A stretch of 63,954 nucleotides of DNA, filler included, from Perkinsus chesapeaki ATCC PRA-425 (Eukaryota > Protista > Perkinsozoa): NCBI GenBank assembly GCA_013115145.1. It is 12 parts of 12 records of this genome, joined end to end, with 100 filler letters (N's around TTAATTAATTAA, not from the genome) between each part and the next. Parts side by side here need not be neighbours in the genome. Positions count along the whole stretch, not along the records: positions 30,924 to 56,385 come from JAAPAO010000524.1; positions 56,486 to 59,069 come from JAAPAO010001569.1; positions 59,170 to 62,760 come from JAAPAO010001385.1; 9 more parts are not named here. One strand, 5' to 3'. The notes under the pieces were generated by a model. It was not told the DNA's origin, ran no database searches, and was given only the letters and a program-made list of their open reading frames with translations. Positions 49,314 to 61,550 of the stretch are shown piece after piece (position 1 is the first letter of the stretch; each line of letters opens with the position of its first letter). The position numbers and the translations under genes are program-made.

Positions 49314-52300
49314 GTGAGGAATGTTATTCCTTTCCTGTCACCACAGAGTCCTAGTCGACTCCCTATTTTATCTTGATAAATTATTAGCGAATAGAATATA
49401 ATTATGATTTGCCGTGATTCATTCACACGGCACCTAAAGACCTGGCCGGCTAGTGCCTCAGAAACACCTTATGATCGTAATCGCTATTGATTAGGTTGAC
49501 CCGGAGAATCTTGCTGAGATGTTGTTGAATCCGACCATTACTGAGTGACCATGCTGCGGCGGTGTTTTTCCTGGTAGAATTGTGTTCAGTTTACTATAAT
49601 TTGTGTTAGTTTGAAATTTTTGTTTTAATTGTACGCTATATTATTGAATGGATAAATGTGGGTAGAATTCGTACTCTTGGAATAGTTGGAACTCGCAATG
49701 GGCATCAAAGCATTAATACGGAGATGATGAGCCCTGACGATGAAAAAGACTTCTTGCCAGAAAGAGATCTTCATCCTCTGGATCCTCGCCTGAGTCATTG
49801 TGAGAGTGCAATGATAGGTAGCACCAATTGTTCCCGTCGTTTCACGATTCCTGCGCTTTCTGCGCGGAAGGTTATTGACGTAGAGCAGTGAACCAACTCT
49901 TGATGCTCGTTTGCGGCGGTGATTGCCGTTCACTTCCTGCAAGGCCCATCGGTTTCGCTTACCTGCAAGGCTCTGGTTTTCATCCCTTGCTCTCCATCCT
50001 CAATCTGTTCTTGCGCCGCTTCTTCACTTTCCCGCCCTGATTTCACTATTGCGCATGCTGGTAGTTCCACTGCTTTGCTCCTGAACCGATCGGACGACGT
50101 TGCCTCTCTAATATGGATTAGATTTTCCTCAGAGGTACTGGCTACTGCCAAAGCCAGAGTTCTCAGTAGCAGTAATGCTTGAATCATGGCGTTGATGGAA
50201 CGTATTGAATTGGATGGAAATGGTTCGTTTCGGGCGGACGAACTTCATCAGGCGAGCTCTCTTTTTAAAACATTGCACGAAGTTTCTCCTTCCGCCAATC
50301 GAAGACGGTAAAGCGCTAACGAGAAAAATGAAGACGAAGTCAACACACTGTATAAATGACATACTCTTAGACTTATCTTACAAACTCCTTTAGAAACTAG
50401 CCAACTTGCCTCCGACTTTTGAAAATGCCTTTCAAGGCAAAAAAGTAATAATATTCTACTAAAATAATTTCGGCGAATCTGCAAGGACGATCCTTGCCTA
50501 TTTTTGTTATCTATAGTACTGTGCACTGCTGGCTAGGCAGCGTACATATTGGATGTTCTAAACGGCGGCGTTTTAGCAACTGGTGAAGACTGAAGACGCG
50601 TATTTGACTAACCCTGTGAGCACTTAATTGAATCACATTGGTGGAGCGATCCATAAACAAAATTGGGATAATTTCTTCGATGAGGGAATCTTTTCGTTTG
50701 CGTCTGTTGTGTTGGTACGGTGAGTCAGAGAAAGGTGCTACCGCATGGTGCTGCTCTTGCATTATTTATGAGTCAGCTGTCACCTCACCATTACGACAGC
50801 TGATCCACTGATCACCTCACTGAGGTGGTCTACTGGGTGTCGTGGGGCACCTAGTCTCCCGAAATTGTGCTCCTCGAAGACGAAAAGTCTTTCCAAGGTT
50901 GAGATAGAAGTTTTGACAGGAGATAACTTCCTAGTAAAAACGAATGTGCTGCTAAAGTGGGCTCCTGCCAATAGTAAAAGCGGACTGCTTTAGCGAAGAA
51001 CATATCGCACCTTTCGGTCGGGGCAATGAATCCCGCACACCACGCGACACTTCGTATTTGCGAACTCATTTCCCTTCGAGTTTAGCATCCCTCATTTTTT
51101 CTTATGCCTAAACGGAAATTGCTAAAGCGAGCACCCCCGAGTAGCCCGACAATTGAGGCGGAGTCACCACCGAAGAGACGACTTAGAAAATGCAGCGAAG
51201 TTGATTTTAATGAAACAGAGTAACGAACTATTGAAGGAGACTTGTATGTTCCTCAGGAAGGCATTCATGTTAGGAAATCACGTCGAAAATATACAGGGGT
51301 AGATAATGAAATCTGCTTATACAAGCAGAGCAATAGTTCGTTAAATTAATAACCATCCCTATTCAACTGTTACATCGATCGAGTTGTTCTTCTCTACGTT
51401 GGAGGTGGCTGCTTGCTGCATAGTCAGATGCTGATAATGGCGTCTGTGATAACTGGGTTATATTGAAAATTCGAAACTCTTCGCGGCATTATCGATCCTG
51501 TTTTTGGTTGGAGATTATTAACGCTGGCATTGCTGTAATGATTGCTAAAGGTATATAAACCAACATGATCACGTATGACGAAAAATGGATAAAACATACT
51601 TTCTCATCGTAAATAATTAAATTGCATCGTCTGTTTTTATCTCATTTAGCATACAACTGTTATACTCCACAGTGTATGTAGTTTTTGTAGTAACGATGAT
51701 ATACTTAGCAATTCCCCCTCTGGCAGGTCACGCACTTCATCACCATCGTCGTCATCTTCGTCGAGTAGCTCGTCCGATGGCTCAAGTAGTGGCAGCAGAA
51801 CCTCTCCTGCGAAGAGGCCACACAAAGCGCCGACGTGAGTGCGACTATTCCTGTTCTTTTTCCATTATAATGCATTGTAAGTAAATTCGATCGTTAATAC
51901 TTCAATTCAAGTCACTGGAGTCGCCAAGCTCTATACGCCCTCTTTATGCACGTGCCCTATTGGGCTGATTTTCTGCAGTTCCCGTTTATTTATTGGCCGA
52001 CCGTCGCCATGTCAAATGAGTCGGGGAGGGTATGCGAGCCTGCTGTAGAATGCAGCTCAGACATTCCTGTCACTTGTGAATATCGTTGGCTTCAGTATCA
52101 TACTTTTATATGAATGCTGATGTAGTGAAATGATATAGATATGAATGTGGGAATCTTATGAGATTAAGATACTATATGTAACGATATAAATATCAATATT
52201 ATCTATTTTCATATTTCTTTATTTAATAATAGGTAACAGCCTATTACTAATAGCTAATAACAATGGTACGATAGAACATACTGGAAACCCCCAAAGTTGT

Positions 52301-53224
52301 TATTCACTTTTCATCGTCTATGGAGGCACCCTAGACTACAACACTTCCATCATTTGTTTGTGCTTAACAGCTTTGTTTTTATTTCTCGTCTTTTCAGAAG
52401 GTTATCTGTATCTGATGTTAAGGGACAATTTAGATTGCACAAACTTGCCAGTCAACGGCGAGGCGATGTGATATCTGGGGAAGGTAGCCAATACACTGAT
52501 GACGACAATTTTATTAATGATGATGACGATGATGATGAAGACGATGGCTTCAGAAGTAAGGAACATTACCATAGCTGGGCACCGGTGGAAAGTCATCGAA
52601 CCAATCCGGTCTGCGAAACTCGTGCTCGACTCGGTCGGGCCGATACCGGTCAAATACAAGTTGATTCCCTGGCCTGTTCTCTTTGTCTGGGTGATTGGCT
52701 CGCCTCTGTTTGTGTGACCAAGGAAGGGTAAATTTCTAAGAAAATTTCCTCCTGCTCGGTAATATATGTATTTATATAAGTAGGGGACCGGTCGTGTAGA
52801 TTCTAACGCTCTATTTAACCCTTCCCTTCTTGCGGAGCGCAAGTGAGAGCAGCGGCTCTCCTCAGGCAATGACGACTCACCAGCTGGGTTTGCTCAATAT
52901 CACTTGATCGACGAGAAAATTGATGAAGAAGTAAAGAAAAGGCGGCAGTCAGCGAACTTAACGACTGGGGCGAAGGTTCGATCCCCGGAGATCGTAGTTC
53001 TCTTCTGCTCCTACAATCGCTGACATGTCTCAATTTGGCAGGCATTTTACGAGTACATTGAATACCTCACAGTGTGTTTATGTGAGCCGACTGCTCCGAC
53101 GAACACAAAATATTTGGCTTCTGTCAAGAGAGTCGAGGGAGAGCTGGAACAAGCGCGAGAGGCTCGGGGAACCATGGCGTGGGATTCTCACGGAGGTAAA
53201 TCACAAAGGCCCCCTCAGAAATCC

Positions 53225-53324
53225 TGAGGAGGACAATACCCTTTACGTATTCTGAGTCGGAATACGTAATTTACGTATTCTGTATTACGTATACGTACCC
53301 TTTAAAAGGGTATTGTCCTCCTCA
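53225..53324. mobile_element. 100-bp foldback/MITE-like element with perfect 20-bp terminal inverted repeats
   Basis: TGAGGAGGACAATACCCTTT (53225-53244) pairs with AAAGGGTATTGTCCTCCTCA (53305-53324). There is a nested hairpin TTACGTATTC-7nt-GAATACGTAA. No target-site duplication seen. Confidence 0.6.
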
Positions 53325-53680
53325 AAAAGGCTCTAAAGTATATTGATATAATAATACTATTATACATGTGGTTATTCAATAAGGATGGTAATACGATAAT
53401 CATTCTCTACACTTTACGATGAGATACTCCGCCTGGTGTGGTAGCTTCATTTCGCGGGGCAATGGTTCCGAAGGGATCTGACCGTTACTTCAGCAATTTT
53501 GAACGGTCATACTACTTCTTATTCTCGGGAGCATTTGGATCTGTTGGAGTTGCTATTCCGATTGTTGTGATGCATTTCTTCCCACAGGCCTCTACCGGCG
53601 GGGCCTGGACCTTTACCCTGATTTATACACGCAACCGACCGACACGCCGGAAGAGAGTACGAGGCTACTGAGGAGGTGAG

Positions 53681-53711
53681 GTGATCGTGGGTTCGATCCC
53701 GACATGTGGCA
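53681..53711 (+). pseudogene. tRNA 3'-end-like fragment
   Basis: GTGATCGTGGGTTCGATCCCGACATGTGGCA has a B-box, 4 of 5 T-stem pairs, and A at position 73. Confidence 0.35.
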
Positions 53712-53942
53712 TTATTTCAAGAGAAGAAGACCGATGTTTGGCTTGCAACCAGAGGCGCTGGAAGCTGGATGCGAGGCTGGGTGGGCGAATGTGTGACTCT
53801 AGAAGGATATGGAGGGGCGATATGACATAGTAAGCATTACCTTCATTTGTGATTAAGTATATCTAGCAAACGGTAGAGGATCGTCTAGATACTCGCCCGT
53901 CGATGAGCACAACAATATATACAGGCTGTATATGTTATTGTT

Positions 53943-53991
53943 CAGTTAAGTTGCTCCCAGCTGTATGATACAGCTGTGAGCAACTTAACTG
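53943..53991. repeat. 49-bp near-perfect palindrome with 1-nt centre
   Basis: CAGTTAAGTTGCTC-C-CAGCTGTAT-G-ATACAGCTG-T-GAGCAACTTAACTG has 24-bp arms with one mismatch. Confidence 0.95.
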
Positions 53992-56900
53992 CTCAACTCA
54001 AAGCTGGGATTCAGGAAATAAATGTACACCGTTTCTCGGGCAAGTTAAACAAATGACCAAGCAACAATATCAGTGCCACTTCCAACTTGAGATGATGAGT
54101 GTATCAAAGTTGGATGCATATTGTCAAACTTGAACTCAATACTTCCTAATTATGTCAAGGATGAATACGTATTGTCATTCTTGGATGTGACACTGATATT
54201 GGTGCTTGGGCATTTCTCAAACTTGCACGGCAAAAGGTGTAGTTTTCAAGTGAAACCTACTTAAGATTCTTGACTTGGTTCTTAATTTAGGGGCACATGG
54301 ACATCTCATGCTCCCCATAGACTTTCGGTTTCTCTTTACTAGTAATTAATTATATTTCTTTCACAACTCAGAATATCTTCAATGTAGTAGCCCACTTGAC
54401 TGGTGCTGCAAGCATTGATGAAGTTCTGGTAACTTTATATTGAGGCACTGTTTTCAGTTGGTATAGATATTACAGGCTGCCGCCGTTAATTTCCCCGCCG
54501 GTAGAGGTTGGTGTCGTCACACTAGACCGGCCCTCCTCGGGCGATGAAGAAACGGATGAGGACGAGTACTTGACAGAGGAGTTGGATGAAGTGAAGCATT
54601 GGATGGTGGACAACTGGTTCCACTTGGGACTCACTTGCAGGAGAAATTCAGAAGATTATCAGTAGGGAACCCTCCTCTACTCCGCCCTCCACTCCGCAAC
54701 TAGGTACTTACAACATTACAAAGGAAAATTGATATTTCGTATCTACGCGAAGCTTAAAGAAGCCGCAACGATCACCAGGACCGAGATGGCTCTGGCTATA
54801 CTTAACAAAGATGATGAGGCTTGGAAACGATGGAGGGTGAGTTGGTTTGTTCCCCGGTTGGTGGTTTGATCCGTGATGTTCTCAGAAATCGCTGTTTGAA
54901 GAATATTCCAGACTCACCGATAGCGCGTTCAACCTTGCCGAGCTGAAGCGGGTTCGCAATGAGCATATGATTGAAAAATTCAATTGGTGAAAATAACGAG
55001 TTCGCGGAGCAGCTGATTGAGCTCGGCTTAACAACAGTTTCACTTGCACATAACTCCTGTTGTGGTAAATCTAGTTCTCGATCAAATGCAGCGGATTGCA
55101 CTCGTCACCGAGTTTGAAAGGCGACTTGCTGCTGACTTCAAAGAAAGTGTTAAAGTCGTTCAAATCCTGAAAGTGTCCAGCACCTCTTAGTTTTGGGTAA
55201 AGATGCCAGGCGACGGTAAATCCAATGGTATAAGTAAAACGTACAAGAGAGCGTTTGCAAAGTTTATCGTGGGCCTCTTCGGAGCCGCATTAATCGTCAC
55301 AGAATGCGCTTTCGTTATTGGTGTATTGCAAGTAAGCCCAGCGGTTGCCACCTGGCGGCGGCGGGTGTACGTACCTCCGTTTTCAGAAGCTGATGCGATC
55401 TAGTAGTGTTTGATCGAGTACAGGGCTAACCATGTCGAAAACAAGTTATCTGTTGGCTCCGAGTTGAGTGCAGCGCCATTATGATATCTGATCAATCTGT
55501 CTGTGGATGTCACGTGCACGGCGAGTTAAGATTCTAAATGCTTCAGTTTTAAGAGTTTGTACACGAAGCATACGAACAGAAGTAGATGAAAATAAAAAAG
55601 TAGCAAATTTGCGCGTCATAATTCGTCGTTCATGGCCTGCTAGCCTGGTGACATGACGCGGTCGTGGGCATAGCTGAGGTTACACAGACTCATCGTAAGG
55701 AGCAGTCCTTTTGAAGCAGAGAATTACGCCGGAAGCGCGACGGCATCTCTACGCATATCTCGCCGCTTCCCTATTAGTCATTCTCCCGAGTTCGTCTATG
55801 TTTCATAGCGCACTCCTCTTAGAACAAATGTCGAGAAGAACTTGAGCGATTCACCAGTGGACCACTGCCAGTGGTTGCAGGAAGCTGCGATGGACTTGCG
55901 AGGTTAACTCGTCGAAGATTCGTTTGCGGTTGGAATGCCGCCATCGGCCTGATTGAATTGTTGCGGCACAGGAGCGGGTTGAGCGGCTAAAGTTTCCCAT
56001 GGAGTTGGGGATGCGTTCACTAACTAAAGTTCAGCTGCTTAACCAACAATGTAGGAGAACATAACGCGAAAACTCTGCAGAGCCTTCGCATTAGAACCAG
56101 AACCCTCGCGCAATGACTCACTTCCTAATCACACCGAACTATTTTCCTATAACTATCACCTACTCAATCGCCAATCGGGAGATTCCGCCGAACACATATC
56201 TCTTTCCAAGGACCGTGATGCCGCATCTTGCTCGTGCGTGCCGTATAGCGGATCTTTATTTGCTATCGTTGGATAAGCTTCATCTTCGAGAGTATCTTCA
56301 CACGGTTCCAGATCACGGGTATGTTTTGGTGGGGCTGAAGTGAGAAAAATTCTTACAAAAAACTAACTATACTACCTGATAGAGANNNNNNNNNNNNNNN
56401 NNNNNNNNNNNNNNNNNNNNNNNNNNNNNTTAATTAATTAANNNNNNNNNNNNNNNNNNNNNNNNNNNNNNNNNNNNNNNNNNNNGAGGATCGAGTGCAT
56501 GAGCTAGATCCCAGGTATGTCAGGGAAAGAAGGAATTCGATCCCCGTCCGCGGAACAGGGTCGCTTTTCGGGTATATGAAGTGATCCAAGGATGGGTATC
56601 GGGGTCGTATACAGGCTGCACTCCGGGCCGCTCATGTTTGTTCTGCTATCAGTAGACCTTCCATCATAGCTGTGGTTACCCTCAGACATGACGGCTTACC
56701 CGGAATTACAGACAGCGAACTGAGGGATTGGGACATGGAGCATGTCAGAACTTGATTGAGAAGTTTTCTAGTGCTACGGCGTTTAGTTAGTTGAGATGGA
56801 ACGTTCACAATTCCGGCAGACTAGACCGATATCCACTGAGGTGACACAAGGCAGATACTAGAAATCACATGGGAAACCTTCAGCCCGCACGCCGGAGTGC

Positions 56901-57635
56901 AGATCAAGTCATACGCAGTCGGACACGTGCAACTCTCGAGAGGGAAGTTTAGGGATAGGAGAGATGAGACGAGCGATGAAGCCCATAGAGACCAGGCGTG
57001 AAGAATTAGGGCCTCTCTAGTTGCGATCACAACTAGAGGTCTTATCGCTCCTTTCGCGATGATTGAGCAACTGCCGCGGGGAGTCGAACAAACACCCCTG
57101 TGGCGGACTAGTCGCACCGTGTGGAAACACACGTAGCAAGGATGCCCCCGCAGAGCTAATAATGTGATTTATCTCTGTTAAGGACTGTCAAGGACGCCGT
57201 TAGACCGCAGATTTCAAACTACAGAGTCTTTGTTTTCGCCTCTGTTTGGGTATACACGAATGATATTTTGTTGGAATGAAGCCTTGATTTAACTAATCAT
57301 CACATCTATTTATGGTAATAGTCAGTGTGAGCGCTAGAAGCCGATACAGCGTACAGTTAACTGCTTAGGTATATACGGTCTGCTTGCTGTCAAATTATAA
57401 GTCTACTACGGAAGTATTAGGTCAACCTATGATACTACCTATCGAGTCACCCGGCTGTCTATTTGCAACGGCGGAGTGGTACGGAACTGATATATCCGCG
57501 TGAGAGCGTAACTAGAGACTCAAACACAAGGAGGCGGGTCAAAAACACCTAGGTTTATTCTTAGAGTGAAGTAATTGAGAATAACGTGCTTGTAATCACA
57601 GCGTGATTATCACACAGAGTTCATGCCGAGTAAAC

Positions 57636-58793
57636 CTTGTTTCTCAATCTCAGTAGATGGATCGTCGACACTGTCGGCTGCTCGGACAGCTCGGAACGAT
57701 ATTGCCGCTAATATCGCACCAAGAAGCTGAGCTCCGATATAAATAGCTACAAATGACGCTCTCTTCTGAGAAGGAGACCTTCATACGCACTTGATAGAGT
57801 TTCCACTCACAAAGCTGATCGCAAATAGGCCAAGCGTAGCGGCTGGGTTGATGAAGCATCCGGATATCGGGCCAATCGCGTAAGCAGAAGCAGTTACGGT
57901 GAATCCGACAGCAAGGCCGCTATAGTGGTTCCCTGTGTTTTTCGAGGTTGCGACGTTAAGTACCTGAGATCGTGGCTAGGAATGGGTATGGTTGAACTCT
58001 AATGCGCTCACGACGAACACCAATGCCATGGTGAATATTGTTTCGACTGCGAATGCCGCGGATCCAGAGAACCCGTCGCCGGGTTTCACGGATATTCTTT
58101 CGCCTGTTATAGCATAAGATACCGCGGCGCCTGCCATGCCGCCGAGCACCTAAAAATATATTATCTCTGATGCATTTTGTAGCTGAGAAAAATCGTGAAA
58201 GCCTCAAAGCCTGTTAGGCGCAGGAGAAATTCTTCACACGGCAAGATGATTTTTATCGAACAATAATGGCGAAAAGATGGATGAGGTTACCTGGACAAGC
58301 ATGTAAAAGGCAGCGTCGGCAACTTCAAACTTTGGAGGGTTGCCAAGCACGACCCCAAGAGTAACCGAAGGGTTGAAGTTAGCGCCCGATACACTGAAAG
58401 AAGATTGCCTCATAGGAAAGGAATAAAAATCGGCACCGTCAAACGAACAACGAGATCCCACCTGTTGAGAGCCAAAACCGTCACCATGAGCATAGCTCCG
58501 ATAGACAGTGGAGCGCCATTTTGCTTCAAGGCGATATTTTGTGCCACAGTGAGGACAAGGAAGAATGTGCCAAGGAGTTCGGAGAAGTACGCCGGTAGCT
58601 TGCTCTTGAAATTCTGAACGAGGACACGGAGTACCCGGGAAAAGGTATCCGTGACGGATACGCTTTCATGGTAAACGGGCAACGCATCGCATTGACCACA
58701 GATCCTCCGGACCCAGTCTGGACTAGGTTCACAGTCTCGAGTCGAAACTCTCGACTCCAGAGTCTGGAGCCTAGCCAATCTGCGATAATTCAT
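57636..58793 (-). CDS. Aquaporin / MIP family channel, multi-exon (termini approximate)
   Basis: SELLGTFFLVLTV; SVSGANFNPSVTLG (NPA1 = NPS); QVLGGMAGA; AVETIFTMALVFVVLNVAT; GLAVGFTV; GPISGCFINPAATLG (NPA2); YIGAQLLGAILAA. Exons join in frame at GT-AG. Confidence 0.92.
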
Positions 58794-59245
58794 CTCAGAA
58801 TCTGAGACTCAGATAGGGTCCAGACGTATTCCCCGAAGGTGTTCCAATAGCTCACAGATACTTCGCCTTACCCATAGTATTACCATGACATCTATATCTA
58901 AATAGCAGGACGTAAGGTAGACAGAGACGTGAAGGGCGAGCGAGTAAGAAATTGCGCACACCCAATTTATTTGCTGGGCGAGCGCGGTTGACTAACCGCG
59001 TGGCGGTCTAGTGGTTGAACTCGACATGGAAATGGGATGGGATCAAAAAGTTTCTTATATCTTATTGCANNNNNNNNNNNNNNNNNNNNNNNNNNNNNNN
59101 NNNNNNNNNNNNNTTAATTAATTAANNNNNNNNNNNNNNNNNNNNNNNNNNNNNNNNNNNNNNNNNNNNTTATTAAGTTGAACTTGTTTAAGACTTGTTC
59201 ACTTCGTTCCATTTGGCATTGAGTTGTCTATAGGAACATCAATCC

Positions 59246-59725
59246 CTAGAGCTTAGCGTATTTGTTTTGCCGTCGGCCACCATAACCATCGGATTTTCGT
59301 TTACGTGAAACTGGCATACCGTTCATCTGCTGTTCTTCGACTCGGTGTAACTGTAGCATCTCCTGTCCGACTGTTAAGGTGATAATATCAGAAGACATGG
59401 GCGATGCAATGGCTAATGGTTCTGGTAGTGCAGAATTCAATGACTCATCATGGCAATCAATGTCGTAAAGGTTGCAACTAACTCCCAAACCTTCAGGCAA
59501 GTGTATGCAAAGAATGGCTATATCATTCTTATCATAGCTTTCACCATGCAAAACACCCTTAAATGTAGCACATTGTCCGAGTATACGTATTTGTGCTTGA
59601 CGAGTGTAGCCCTGCATTGGCACAACTTGGGAGACCCAGAGTCCTTCAACTTCAGCCGAGCTATGTGGAAAATCTCCCCGGCATATACCACAGAGAGCAA
59701 TCACCAAAATTTTGGAGAGTTTCAT
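59246..59725 (-). CDS. Small intronless secreted protein (159 aa) with basic C-terminal tail
   Basis: Signal-like MKLSKILVIALCGICRG, then EGLWVS, a beta-rich body, MLQLHRV, and the tail PVSRKRKSDGYGGRRQNK. Confidence 0.6.
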   Translation of the reverse strand: MKLSKILVIALCGICRGDFPHSSAEVEGLWVSQVVPMQGYTRQAQIRILGQCATFKGVLHGESYDKNDIAILCIHLPEGLGVSCNLYDIDCHDESLNSALPEPLAIASPMSSDIITLTVGQEMLQLHRVEEQQMNGMPVSRKRKSDGYGGRRQNKYAKL

Positions 59726-61550
59726 TGTTGGGAGTTCACGAGACACGAAAGTGTGTGTAACTGGGAAACTCAATTTCGAGCACCGATAATTGCCCGCCAT
59801 GCTGATCGATTGTGCCTGTCCCTAGCAACTGCTTTAGCCAACTTCGAGCTGATTCACCGAGTGACGATAACTAGACGTGTTATAATGCCAACAATTGAGG
59901 CAATGGCAATGCAGAATACCTTAATGGGAATAACTCGGAGTGAAGATTTACGGTCTGATACCTGAACGTCGATGAAGCCAAGATAGCAACAACAATAGCG
60001 TCACAAACATGGACTCTTTATTAACAGAAACAAGGTGAATCTTTCCTTCGAAATCGCTTTCATTAATATGAATAACTTCAGCGACCCTCTCTGGTGGAAT
60101 GGTAACATCCTTATGAGAATGACGAGTGTCGATAGGAACCCTTCTCACCCAAACAACAAGCTCGAGAAAGCAACAACAAAATATACCCGCGACGTGGCCA
60201 GGGTTCAATTAAACGAAGAAAACCTCTTTGACTTCGCGGCAGAAACCCTGGGCCAATTTCATCTCCGGGGCTACGGCGATTCTCCAGGCACAGCTGAAGG
60301 GACACTCGTTACACCCTCTTGGACTGGCTCTAAGCAAAGCACAGACCTTCACAGTGAAGGCTTAACCGTAGCTGTTCAACTTCATTCACCGCGAACTCAG
60401 GCAGTACCTACTCATCCACTCGATATTTCTAGTGCTCCGTGGTGTACTCGCGAGAGCCCTCGCGCCATTCGAGGTCGAGATCTTAGGTTCGAGGCTCGTC
60501 GTCATCGAGTAGTAATTCCCCACTAGGAGGTTGGAGCTCCTCACATTGTCTCATATTTTTGGGTGTTGGATATCCTTCACGTCTTGGGTCATGATACCGA
60601 GCCCAGAGAACCCCTCTGGTTTGTTCCACGCCTTCACCATTGCTTGACCCTTGTAGTGTTACACTACTAGTTTGTCCCAGCCGGACAGGCGAGTTTCTTC
60701 GATAAATCTTCGCGACCTTGATTAGCTTTCAGCGACAACAGACGTTCCCTAACCCGCGTTGGGGCACCTGTGCCTCTAATACCGACCAACAGCTCACGTA
60801 AGTGTGTAGAAGTGGAGGCGTACAATTTACCAATGCCTCTTGCACCGTTATAGTTTGGAGTGTCTGGCGCACTAAAAGCAAAACGCTGTCTTTTTATGGC
60901 CCCAGATGGATGAAGCTTGATAGAGTTCTTTGAGTGTCTAGTGTTACAAATCGCCTCATTCGCGTGAATCCGAATCACTCATCCAATCTCGTACGAATAC
61001 TTAATTGAACTATGAGTAGCCGGAATATCTCCGGAGTATATGGCGGAGCGTGGTGGCTCTTCAATGCTGGGAGCCCGCTCCGTTTCTAGCGGTGAGGTTG
61101 CCAATGACAACTCGCCTTCTTCACTAAAATTTGGAGTCCGGTCTCGGTTCGATGCTGTTATACTCCCTGAGAGTCAATGTTTTATTATATGTTATCATTT
61201 GTTACATATGGATGGGTCACTCGGGAGATTCCAACCGAGAGGAATATCTGCTCCACTGGGCGCCTAATTCCCCATTTTCCTCCACTGCGCAGCTCAGGCT
61301 CAATGCTTGCAGCAAAACAGATAAAGATTTACTATCCCAAGTCCATAGGCCTATCTCTTCGGCGTTGATTGTGCTTAATCTCAATACTACTGAGTCATTA
61401 ACTCGCCTATCTCTTATGCAGTTAACAACTCAATGATGCGTCTGATATGCTGATTGTGTCGTTTGTATACTAAGCTTAGCTTACGATTATGTAGTAGCTT
61501 AGTAAATATATTCATATACTCTTCTTACTCAATATTTGTTGTATTAACTA

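Noticed and set aside
54380-54450. PLDWCC reading resembling a hAT dimerisation-domain motif
   Set aside because: That frame has immediate stops, while another frame gives a clean AG/GT-bounded exon (NIFNVVAHLTGAASIDEVL) of an unknown gene.
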